Origin: Methanomassiliicoccaceae archaeon UBA421 | GTDB lineage: Archaea; Thermoplasmatota; Thermoplasmata; Methanomassiliicoccales; Methanomethylophilaceae | Assembly: GCA_002498365.1 (NCBI GenBank) | Contig: DAHB01000004.1 | Coordinates: 123,666-187,665 of the forward strand | Direction: 5' to 3' | DNA length: 64,000 nucleotides | In this document: positions 36,682 to 45,055 of the stretch, in pieces | Layout of the letters: each line of letters starts with the position of its first letter | Numbering within the stretch: position 1 is the stretch's first letter | The notes under the pieces: generated by a model | What the model saw: the letters and a program-made list of their open reading frames with translations, nothing else | Told to the model about the DNA's origin: nothing | The model's database searches: none | Translations under genes and position numbers: made by a program

Positions 36682-36891
36682 ATGGCCTACGGAGACGACA
36701 GGAACAGAGGATTTAGAGACAACAGGGAGCCCAGGGAGATGTTCGACACCACCTGCTCCGACTGCGGAAAAGAGTGCCAGGTGCCCTTCAAGCCCACCGA
36801 CGGAAGGCCCGTCTACTGCAGGGACTGCTTCCAGAAGCACCGCCCCGCTGACAGGGACGGCGGCAACGGCGGCAGGCGCCAGAGATACTGA
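36682..36891 (+). CDS. CxxC-x17-CxxC zinc-ribbon protein with Arg/Gly-rich tails
   Basis: CSDCGKECQVPFKPTDGRPVYCRDC matches the CxxC-x17-CxxC domain family seen in methanogens. Confidence 0.7.
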   Translation: MAYGDDRNRGFRDNREPREMFDTTCSDCGKECQVPFKPTDGRPVYCRDCFQKHRPADRDGGNGGRRQRY

Positions 36892-36930
36892 GCTTTTCAA
36901 GTTCACTGGATTCTGAAACCTTTTACGTAT

Positions 36931-37158
36931 TCACTTACGTTTTTGCATTTTTGAATTTTTAATGTCGATCATCACCTTCGACATCATGGCCACCTTCAGT
37001 ACGGCGAACGACATCACGATGCCGGCCACACCTATTATGAGTGCGGCGACGCCTACGCCCTCGTAACCCATGAGGTACATCCCCAGTCCGACGAATGCGA
37101 CTGCGGCCGAAATGAAAAACGCCGCCTGGGCGGCACGGGAGCCCTGTTTCAAGTCCAC
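36931..37158 (-). CDS. small membrane protein (2 TM, 75 aa)
   Basis: Two hydrophobic helices and a Lys-rich tail. Confidence 0.45.
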   Translation of the reverse strand: MDLKQGSRAAQAAFFISAAVAFVGLGMYLMGYEGVGVAALIIGVAGIVMSFAVLKVAMMSKVMIDIKNSKMQKRK

Positions 37159-37234
37159 AAAGGGTCACCGTACGGCGGATATTTAACCTGAATGTAAAGA
37201 AAATAAGAGGTTTGTAAAGGCTCCGTTCGGAAGA

Positions 37235-37633
37235 TCAGGCTATCTTCTTTCCGGCGTTGGGGCCGACCCCTTCATCGTAGACCGCCGTGACCTTGAACTT
37301 CCAAAGAGCCTTCGCGTGCATGTTGGCGCCTGCGAGTGCCTTGTTAAGATTATCGACATCGGACCCTTTCTCCTCGCGCCCGAGAACTGTCGCCTGCATC
37401 TCGTAGGCCTTGGGGCCCGCGCTGACCAGAATAGCGACCTTCTTGTTCTCGGCCATGTACTCTGCGGACCTTTTCATTAGGATCTCGCCGACAGTTATGA
37501 CGTCGTCGCCTATGGTTCCAAAACTTCCGCATACGATAGCGTGAGGCTGTCCGGCCGCATTAGCGGTCACCAGGACCTTTGTCGTTCCTTTGTCGTTCAT
37601 TATGTCAAGAATCTCTTTAGGGATTGCTACCAT
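37235..37633 (-). CDS. pyridoxamine 5'-phosphate oxidase-like FMN-binding split-barrel protein
   Basis: 132 aa. Pattern ...LVTANAAGQPHA..... is typical of the small PNPOx-like family. Confidence 0.65.
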   Translation of the reverse strand: MVAIPKEILDIMNDKGTTKVLVTANAAGQPHAIVCGSFGTIGDDVITVGEILMKRSAEYMAENKKVAILVSAGPKAYEMQATVLGREEKGSDVDNLNKALAGANMHAKALWKFKVTAVYDEGVGPNAGKKIA

Positions 37634-37731
37634 GGTTTATCACCAATTGTAAACGGTAACAAAAGTATATCTAACAGGGAGTTACAGGCGTGTTATCCTA
37701 GGGGGCCGACCGACGGACCGGGAGGGGACCT

Positions 37732-37857
37732 TCACTTGGACTTTTTGAGCTTCGATTCCTTCCTGCCCTTGGAACCGGTCATATCGTAGGCGCAGATGAC
37801 CACGATCAGAGCGACGACGCAGGCGACGACCACATAGAACTCGGCTAATTCGAACAT
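37732..37857 (-). CDS. possible 41-aa single-TM micro-protein
   Basis: Hand translation: MFELAEFYVVVACVVALIVVICAYDMTGSKGRKESKLKKSK. It is below the ORF-track cutoff. There is no support beyond hydrophobic-helix-plus-basic-tail architecture. Confidence 0.25.
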   Translation of the reverse strand: MFELAEFYVVVACVVALIVVICAYDMTGSKGRKESKLKKSK

Positions 37858-37882
37858 AACGGCACCAACGGCGGGTGCGTAT

Positions 37883-38248
37883 TTATGGCTTTTCTATCGG
37901 CCTGAGGTGCTGGACGACCAGCTGGATCTTTCCGCCCTTGAAGTACGGTATGGACGTGCAGGAGTATTCGGTGTCGCTTCCGGGTATCACACGGGGCTCG
38001 TTGCAACGTACAGGCGCCTGCATCGTGATGACGTTGCAGTCCACGCAACATGTCGTACGCCCCAGGAGACGGTAGCACTTGACGCCGATAACGTCATCAG
38101 CAGACTTGTTGAAGACCTTGAGGGCTGCGCGGTTCATCCATACGATCGTGTGCTCCGAATCATGGATGATTATGAGGTCGTCTATTTCGTCCAGGACCAT
38201 ATTGAGCAGAACGTCGGAAAATCCCTCTTCTTCCATATTATTCACCAT
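37883..38248 (-). CDS. stand-alone PAS domain protein, Cys-rich
   Basis: PAS-like I..D.....I.W.N.A....F core. The Cys cluster is C-x8-CC-x2-C-x10-C. Confidence 0.65.
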   Translation of the reverse strand: MVNNMEEEGFSDVLLNMVLDEIDDLIIIHDSEHTIVWMNRAALKVFNKSADDVIGVKCYRLLGRTTCCVDCNVITMQAPVRCNEPRVIPGSDTEYSCTSIPYFKGGKIQLVVQHLRPIEKP

Positions 38249-38453
38249 ATGGCAATCACATTGGAGATATTAAACCTGGCGGGGAAAGAAAAGACATGAC
38301 GCAAGGATCGGATACGGAATATGACGGTATCCTTTATGTAACCCACGATTTTCTGCAAAAAATCTGACAAATCCGTAATCTGATTTCGAATCTCGAATTT
38401 GTATGCCCGGCTACTTAGACATTTTTTTATATGGACAACATATAGCCCACTGA

Positions 38454-39389
38454 ATGACTTATGATGTTATCGTCATCGGGGCTGGCCCTGCGGGTCTCAC
38501 CGCCGGCATCTATGCCAGGTCCAAGATGATGAATACGCTCATTATCGAGTCTGGCCGCGTAGGCGGCCAGCTTGTAAGCCTGTATCCGGAGAAGGGAGTG
38601 CACAACTTCCCCGGCTTCGAGAGCGTACAGGCCCGCAAGCTTTCCGACCGCCTCTATGCCCAGGCCGAAAACCTGGAGTGCGAGATCCGAGAAAAAGAGA
38701 AGGTGCTCGAGATAAACGATGGCGACGAAGACCTGGTCGTCGTTACCAACAGAGGCGAATATCATACTCTGACAGTGATCGTCGCCATCGGAATGGGCGA
38801 TTTCAACCCAAGGAAAATGGATGTTCCCGGAGAGGACGAGTTCTTCGGTAAAGGCGTCTCCTACCTGTTGCCGGTCAAGGAAGAGCTCGTCGGCCAGAAG
38901 GTGACGATGTTCGGAGGCGGGAACAGCGCCATCGAGATGGCACTTATCGCAGACTCTGTCACCGACACCACGATCGTCCACAGAAGAGGGGAGTTCAGGG
39001 CGGACGAGATGAACGTGGTCAGCCTGGAAAGGAGCAACATCCTGAAAGTCCTGAACGCAGAGACCCTATCTTTCAACGGAAAAGACGAGTTGGAGTCCGT
39101 AACGGTAAAACAGGAAAACAGGATCTTCGACATACCGACAGACCTGGCCGTCATCAACATAGGGATCAAGTCCGACCTGGGGATACTGTCCAAATGGGGG
39201 CTGGTTCTGACCGAGGAGGGGCTTGTCAAAGTGGAACCCGACATGTCGACCAACAGACGCGGCGTGTTCGCCTGCGGGGATGTGGTGGACTACCCCGGAA
39301 AATACAAGCAGATAATCACGGCCTGCGGGGAGGCCGCGAACGCCGTGCAGATGGCATACAAATTTTCTAAGAAACCCTACTGGGCCTGA
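38454..39389 (+). CDS. thioredoxin-reductase-like ferredoxin-NADP+ reductase (YumC type; no CxxC)
   Basis: GAGPAG and GGGNSA dinucleotide motifs. At the position of the TrxR redox CATC the sequence reads GKGVSYLLPV. Confidence 0.78.
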   Translation: MTYDVIVIGAGPAGLTAGIYARSKMMNTLIIESGRVGGQLVSLYPEKGVHNFPGFESVQARKLSDRLYAQAENLECEIREKEKVLEINDGDEDLVVVTNRGEYHTLTVIVAIGMGDFNPRKMDVPGEDEFFGKGVSYLLPVKEELVGQKVTMFGGGNSAIEMALIADSVTDTTIVHRRGEFRADEMNVVSLERSNILKVLNAETLSFNGKDELESVTVKQENRIFDIPTDLAVINIGIKSDLGILSKWGLVLTEEGLVKVEPDMSTNRRGVFACGDVVDYPGKYKQIITACGEAANAVQMAYKFSKKPYWA

Positions 39390-39432
39390 AAAGAAAATCG
39401 TTTGGCCGGCCTGGTGGCCGATATTAATATTC

Positions 39433-39600
39433 TCACTCGTCGACGATCGCGTCGTTGGGGCACTCGTCCACGCAGGCCCCGCAGTCCACGCAGGCATCTG
39501 GGTCGATGACCGCGATATCGTCGATCGTGATGGCGTCCTGGGGGCATACGTCGGCACACGCTCCGCAGGCTGTACATTTATCTGCTATTACTTTCGGCAT
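39433..39600 (-). CDS. 2x[4Fe-4S] ferredoxin
   Basis: [12 protein letters not shown] and [12 protein letters not shown] motifs. Start at MPKVIADKC. Confidence 0.85.
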   Translation of the reverse strand: MPKVIADKCTACGACADVCPQDAITIDDIAVIDPDACVDCGACVDECPNDAIVDE

Positions 39601-39688
39601 TTGAACACCTATCACAGTATGAAAAAAATCTGTATTTGTACTTTGCTAGTAACAACAACAAAATAATCCATGAAGGCCATGCCGTCCC

Positions 39689-40729
39689 ATGATTTATTTT
39701 TCCGGAACCGTCATAACGCAGGACGGGGCGGTCGAAGGATATGTCGGTCTGGAGGATGGAATGGTCGCAGAGGTCTCCGAGGGCATATGCCCGGCCGAGC
39801 CTTTGGCGAGGGGCATAATCGTCCCCCCCATGGTGAATGGGCACACCCATTGCGCCGATTCGGACCTGACGGTTCCGAATGGCATCAGCCTCTGCGAACT
39901 TGTTGGGCCTGACGGCGTCAAGGAAAAATACCTTAAGGAATCGATTCCAGAAAAAATAACCGAAGGTATGAAGCGTTTTTCAAAACTGGCACATATTAAC
40001 GGCATAGGGACGTTCATTGACTTCCGCGAGGGCGGCGCCGAGGGCAGCATGATACTGAGAAGGGCCGTCCCCGGAGCTTTCATACTGGGAAGGCCGTCGT
40101 CGGAGGAGTTCGACCCGAACGAATTGGACGACATACTTAGGTATGCAGACGGGATCCAGCTTTCCGGGATAAACGATGTGCCAGCACCATATTCCGAGGC
40201 TGTAGCGGACTATGCCGTCCGTTCTGGGAAGATGTTCGCCATACATGCCAGCGAGGGCTCCCGTGAAGATATCGACTCGATATTAGCACTTTCGCCGTCC
40301 TTCTTGGTCCACATGGCCTCCGCGGAGCGCTCGGACCTCCTCAGATGCGCCGACGAGGACGTTCCCATCGTATCATGTCCCAGATCCAACAAGTTTTTCG
40401 GTCTGACCCCTCCGCTGGCCATGATGAACGAATGCAACAACACGGTGATACTGGGAACAGACAACGCCATGCTCTGCAACCCGGACATGAGAGAGGAGGC
40501 CAGGCAGTACTTTTCCTTCCTTATGGATCAGAAAGGCGGCCTGGAAAACATATGGGGCGCCATGGTGCTGAACGGAAGAAAGCTATTATATGATTGGAAA
40601 AGAATCGGGCTCCGACCTGGCATGGACGCCGATATTACGGTTCTGCCCTCCGAGGACGGCACCGCGGGCGGGATGCTAAGGAGCTCGGAACGCGTACTGC
40701 GCTACAGACAGACAAAAAAGGGTGATTAA
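39689..40729 (+). CDS. amidohydrolase-superfamily protein (chlorohydrolase/deaminase-like)
   Basis: VNGHTHC metal-binding HxH, a later HASE motif, and a GTDN segment. Confidence 0.72.
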   Translation: MIYFSGTVITQDGAVEGYVGLEDGMVAEVSEGICPAEPLARGIIVPPMVNGHTHCADSDLTVPNGISLCELVGPDGVKEKYLKESIPEKITEGMKRFSKLAHINGIGTFIDFREGGAEGSMILRRAVPGAFILGRPSSEEFDPNELDDILRYADGIQLSGINDVPAPYSEAVADYAVRSGKMFAIHASEGSREDIDSILALSPSFLVHMASAERSDLLRCADEDVPIVSCPRSNKFFGLTPPLAMMNECNNTVILGTDNAMLCNPDMREEARQYFSFLMDQKGGLENIWGAMVLNGRKLLYDWKRIGLRPGMDADITVLPSEDGTAGGMLRSSERVLRYRQTKKGD

Positions 40730-40731
40730 TA

Positions 40732-41175
40732 ATGGTTTTCGATAAGATACTTGTTCCTACTGACGGAAGCGAATATACCAAGGCGGCCGTGAGGAGGGCC
40801 ATGGATCTCGCCAAACTCAGCAGCGGTAAAATAACCGCCCTTTACGTGATGGACCAGACGATCTTCACCAATGTCCCCATGGACACCGCCGTCATGAACG
40901 TCTACCGCACGCTGGAGAAGGAGGGCAAAAATGCGCTCCAGTTCGTCGAAGAGCTGGGAAGGGAGGCGGGGGTCAGCGTCGAGATCAAGCTGGCCGAGGG
41001 AATTCCGATAAAGGTGATACTCGAACTATCCAAGGAATACGACGTCATAGTGATGGGCACCCTTGGAAGGACAGGTATGTCAAAACTTCTAATGGGAAGC
41101 GTGGCCGAGAGGGTGGTCAGAGCTTCCAGATGCCCCGTAATGGTGGTTAGGTCCCCTGAGGCTGATAAACAATGA
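40732..41175 (+). CDS. universal stress protein (UspA family)
   Basis: ILVPTDGSE...., G..GR.G...LLMGSVAE.V.R...CPV.VV signature. Confidence 0.85.
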   Translation: MVFDKILVPTDGSEYTKAAVRRAMDLAKLSSGKITALYVMDQTIFTNVPMDTAVMNVYRTLEKEGKNALQFVEELGREAGVSVEIKLAEGIPIKVILELSKEYDVIVMGTLGRTGMSKLLMGSVAERVVRASRCPVMVVRSPEADKQ

Positions 41176-42017
41176 GAACAGTATCCGAAATAATGACTCT
41201 GGCACCCATAGTGGCAGAGGTGCCGGGAACACGAAACGACGCGATCAACATAATGGTCAGGAACGACCTCACGGGACTTCCGGTGATCCGAGGCTCCGAC
41301 GGAAAACTAGTGGGGGTCGTCTCCAGAAGGGACCTCTTCAGAAAATTCGAGGAGGACCAGCTTTCGCTCATCATGAAGAAGAATCCCATATTCGTCGACA
41401 GCAAGACTCCCGTGAGCAAAGCCGCCGAGGTATTCTTCAAGGAGAGGATCCACAGGCTCCCCGTCACAGAGGACGGGAAGCTCGTCGGAATAATCACCCC
41501 CACCGACCTCATGGACTCTGTCAGGGCCCTCAACAGTAAGATCACGGCCGAGGAGGCCATACACACCACCTGCGTGACCGCGTGGGAGCACGACCCGCTT
41601 TCCTACACGATACCCGCCATGAGGGTCAGCGACGTCCCGGCGGTACCCGTTCTCGATATGAACGGGAAGCTCGTCGGTATACTGACCGACCGTGACCTGT
41701 TCAGCGACCAGTCCGGGGACCCGGAGGCCATGAAGGCCCTGGGCGTTGAAGACACTTCGCTGGCCGGATACAGGAACGTACTTCCGCTGTTCTACACGGC
41801 CACCGACAAATACCTCGATCAGAAGAAAGAGGTGAGCGACTTCATGGTGAGAGACCCCATCACGGTGTACAAGAAGACCTCGATATCAGAGGTCGCCAGG
41901 ATCATGAAGGCCAACGACTTCGGGCAGATACCTGTCAGAGGTTCCAAGGACGAACTGATCGGAATGGTCTACGATGTCGATATTTTGATGGCACTGACTG
42001 GTAATTCCAATGAATAA
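41172..42017 (+). CDS. CBS-domain protein (four CBS motifs)
   Basis: Repeated ...PV.D..GKLVGI.T..DL motifs. Overlaps usp (4 nt) and glyS (8 nt). Confidence 0.85.
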   Translation: MRTVSEIMTLAPIVAEVPGTRNDAINIMVRNDLTGLPVIRGSDGKLVGVVSRRDLFRKFEEDQLSLIMKKNPIFVDSKTPVSKAAEVFFKERIHRLPVTEDGKLVGIITPTDLMDSVRALNSKITAEEAIHTTCVTAWEHDPLSYTIPAMRVSDVPAVPVLDMNGKLVGILTDRDLFSDQSGDPEAMKALGVEDTSLAGYRNVLPLFYTATDKYLDQKKEVSDFMVRDPITVYKKTSISEVARIMKANDFGQIPVRGSKDELIGMVYDVDILMALTGNSNE

Positions 42018-43722
42018 GGAAGCAGACGGCAACGAACTTATGGCCATCTGCAAACGCAGGGGCTTCATCTGGCCTTCCTTCGAGCTTTACGGCGGGGTGG
42101 CCGGAATGTTCGACTACGGACCGCTCGGATGCACGATGAAGAACAACATACTGGAAGTCTGGAGGGACATATACAAGGGGCGGGAGGGTTTTGTGGAGAT
42201 AGACTCCGAGACCGTAAACCCCGCCGACGTGTTCAAGGCCTCGGGACATGTGGACGAATTCTCGGACTACATGACATACTGTACACAGTGCCAGCTTCCG
42301 TTCCGGGCCGACCACCTCGTAAAGAACTTCTGCGAGAACCCGGACACTATGAGCCCGGCGGAGCTAGAGCGCGCATTCTCCGAGTTCGGCATCAAATGCC
42401 CGGAATGCGGAGGAGACCTCGGCAAAGTTGAGGAGTTCAACCTCATGTTCAAGACGACCATCGGGCCCGGCTCCTCACGTGTGGGCTACCTCAGGCCCGA
42501 GACCGCCCAGGGGATATTCGTCAACTTCCAGAACCTTTACCGCTATAACAGGGAAAAGCTCCCCCTGGGGGTCATACAGACCGGCAGGGGGTACAGGAAC
42601 GAGATCTCTCCCCGTCAGGGCATGATAAGGATGAGGGAGTTCAACATGATGGAGGTCGAGCTCTTCGTCGACCCCCACGACAAAGGCTGGTCCAGGTTCC
42701 CCGAGGTGGAGGACGAGGAGCTGGCCCTTGTGCCCAACACCGGCACGGAGACCGTTGTGAAGACCGTCAGACAGGCTGTGGACGAGGGCATCATCGCGAA
42801 CCGCGTGCTCGCTTACTTCGTGTGCACGACGAAACAGCTCCTTCTGCGCCTGGGCATCGATGCGGACAGGCTCAGGTTCAGGCAGCACCTTAAGGACGAG
42901 ATGGCCCATTATGCGGCGGACTGCTGGGATGCGGAAGTGCTGCTGTCCTATGGATGGACAGAGATCACAGGCATAGCGGACAGGGGATGCTGGGACCTTT
43001 CCAGGCACTCGCAGTTCTCCGGTTCCGACCTTTCGCACTTCGACAGGTTCGACGAGCCCAGGGAGATGACGTCGGTAAAGGTCCAGGCCAACCACAGGAT
43101 GCTCGGACCGGCCTTCAAGGGCAGGGCCAAGGATATCGCGGCCGCCCTGGAGACCAAGGCCCCGGGAGACGTCCGTGACGGAAAGATCGTGCTGAACGTC
43201 GGCGGGGAGGAGGTCGCTCTGACCCGGGAGTATTTCGAAGTGAAAGAGGTGACGGAAAAGGTCACGGGCGAACGCATCGTGCCCCATGTCATAGAGCCCT
43301 CCCACGGACTCGACAGGATCTTCTACTCGCTGCTGGAACATTCTTACTTCTATGACGAGAAGAGAGAGTATTCGGTGCTGAGGCTCAGACCTGAAGTTGC
43401 GCCCATAAAGGTCGGAGTGTTCCCGCTGATGGAGAAGGACGGCCTCGACGTGCTCGCCAAAGAGATATACGACAAGGTACACTCCACGATGACCGAGGCC
43501 TATTACGACGGCTCGGGGACCATCGGGAAGAGGTACGCCCGCATGGACGAGATCGGCACCCCCTGGTGCATTACGGTCGACTACGAGTCCCTCGAAGGCC
43601 CCGACAAAGGTACGGTCACGATAAGGGAGAGGGACACGGGCGACCAGAAGCGCATTCCCGCGGACAAGGCGGCGGAGATAGTCCGCTGCCTGGTGGACGG
43701 ACTCAGCTTCGCCGACCTCTAA
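42010..43722 (+). CDS. glyS: glycine--tRNA ligase (archaeal/eukaryotic alpha2 type)
   Basis: KRRGF.WPS.E.YGG..G..DYGP.G, the class II motifs, and a C-terminal anticodon-binding domain. Confidence 0.92.
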   Translation: MNKEADGNELMAICKRRGFIWPSFELYGGVAGMFDYGPLGCTMKNNILEVWRDIYKGREGFVEIDSETVNPADVFKASGHVDEFSDYMTYCTQCQLPFRADHLVKNFCENPDTMSPAELERAFSEFGIKCPECGGDLGKVEEFNLMFKTTIGPGSSRVGYLRPETAQGIFVNFQNLYRYNREKLPLGVIQTGRGYRNEISPRQGMIRMREFNMMEVELFVDPHDKGWSRFPEVEDEELALVPNTGTETVVKTVRQAVDEGIIANRVLAYFVCTTKQLLLRLGIDADRLRFRQHLKDEMAHYAADCWDAEVLLSYGWTEITGIADRGCWDLSRHSQFSGSDLSHFDRFDEPREMTSVKVQANHRMLGPAFKGRAKDIAAALETKAPGDVRDGKIVLNVGGEEVALTREYFEVKEVTEKVTGERIVPHVIEPSHGLDRIFYSLLEHSYFYDEKREYSVLRLRPEVAPIKVGVFPLMEKDGLDVLAKEIYDKVHSTMTEAYYDGSGTIGKRYARMDEIGTPWCITVDYESLEGPDKGTVTIRERDTGDQKRIPADKAAEIVRCLVDGLSFADL

Positions 43723-43750
43723 ACTACAAAAAAACCCCTTTTATCCTTCT

Positions 43751-43767
43751 GCCAGCATAATGCTGGC
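43751..43767 (+). terminator. hairpin after glyS (GCCAGCA-taa-TGCTGGC), preceded by a T-rich tract
   Basis: Perfect 7-bp stem, 29 nt after the glyS stop. Archaeal termination mainly uses T tracts, so its role is uncertain. Confidence 0.3.
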
Positions 43768-43822
43768 TTGCCGAACTAAGTTTTATAGACATTGAAGGCG
43801 ATGTAGACATGAGGATTTATTT

Positions 43823-44998
43823 ATGGTGATTAAAGATCTAGAAGATCCGAGAAGGCTTTCGATGCTCAGGTCTCAAATCGATGCTAATTCCGTCGAAGAG
43901 ATCATGGACAGCGACTTCCCGACCGTTGGTTCCGACGACCGCCTCTCCGATGTCCTGTCGGTGATGAGGGATACGAACTACCAGGACGTCCCGGTCGTTG
44001 ATAACGGAACGTACATGGGCGTGATAAGCTACACCACGATCCTAAAAAAGAAGAGCGCCAACATGGACTCCAAGGTCAAGGGCCTCATACGAGGGGTCCC
44101 CATGCTCAGCAAGAGCGACGACATCACTAAGATCGCGGAGGAGATGACCGGTAACAACTGCAGGCAGCTTCCCGTGATATCCGGAAAGAGGATCATAGGC
44201 GTGGTGTCCAGGAGAGCTCTTGTAGGCATAGCCTCCAGGATCAAGGTCCTGAACGAGATCAAGGTCTGGGAGATAATGACCAATCCCGTCAAGAGCGTGG
44301 GCGCCAACGCCATGCTGTCCGATGCCTTCGAGATGATGCAGGAACTCGACACTCTGACCGTGCCCATCGTCAACAACGAGAACAAAGTGGTCGGAGTCGT
44401 CGGCATGAGGGAGATAATCGACAACAACTGGAGGAACGACAACAAGATCATAGGGGACCTCGAGAAGAACGCCAGGGCCCAGATCACCGTGGAATCGGTC
44501 AGCGTCAATCCGGCCGTGACCGTCAACTGGGACGACACCGTGGAGGACGCGGCGGCCCTGATGGTCGACAACGACATCTCCACCCTGCCCGTGGTCGAAG
44601 GGAACAAGCTCGTCGGAGTGCTCACGCAGTACGACATAATAGAGATAATCTCCGCTTGCCGCGAGAGGGAGCTCATATTCATACAGATCAGCGGTCTGGA
44701 GGACGATGACAAGGCCGCCACCGAAGCGCTGTACGAAGTGATCGAAGAGCAGATGGTGAAGATCGGCAAGGTTTACAGGCCCGAGAGCCTGATGCTCCAC
44801 GTCGCCAGGTACAACGACACCGGCGGCTCGGCCAAGTACAGCATCTCCGCGAGACTGTACATGAGAGGCAAGGTCGTGAACTTCAAGGAAGTGGGATGGG
44901 ACCTGGTAAGGACCACCTCGGACCTGATGAAGAAGATTTCCGAGTCCGTCATGTCCATGAAGGACTCCAAGATCAAGTTCCGCCAGCGCAAGAAGTGA
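43823..44998 (+). CDS. 4xCBS protein with C-terminal HPF/RaiA (S30AE)-like domain
   Basis: Four CBS motifs (residues ~20-280). The C-terminal ~108 aa, IFIQISG...ATEALYEVIEEQMVKIGKVY...LMLHVARY...YSISARLYMRG..VNFKEVG.DLVRTTSDLMKKISESV, aligns by eye to the beta-alpha-beta-beta-beta-alpha HPF fold. Confidence 0.8.
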   Translation: MVIKDLEDPRRLSMLRSQIDANSVEEIMDSDFPTVGSDDRLSDVLSVMRDTNYQDVPVVDNGTYMGVISYTTILKKKSANMDSKVKGLIRGVPMLSKSDDITKIAEEMTGNNCRQLPVISGKRIIGVVSRRALVGIASRIKVLNEIKVWEIMTNPVKSVGANAMLSDAFEMMQELDTLTVPIVNNENKVVGVVGMREIIDNNWRNDNKIIGDLEKNARAQITVESVSVNPAVTVNWDDTVEDAAALMVDNDISTLPVVEGNKLVGVLTQYDIIEIISACRERELIFIQISGLEDDDKAATEALYEVIEEQMVKIGKVYRPESLMLHVARYNDTGGSAKYSISARLYMRGKVVNFKEVGWDLVRTTSDLMKKISESVMSMKDSKIKFRQRKK

Positions 44999-45055
44999 AA
45001 CTTTTTCCCTCACAACCTTTTTTAATACCCTCTTTTATAGTGTGCCCTGTTCAAC

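Noticed and set aside
38320-38415. Two ATGACG and two CTGA motifs suggestive of a C/D-box sRNA.
   Set aside because: The C-box matches are imperfect (UGACG rather than UGAUGA). The order and spacing (C, C, D, D over ~90 nt) do not fit the compact C-D'-C'-D archaeal architecture.
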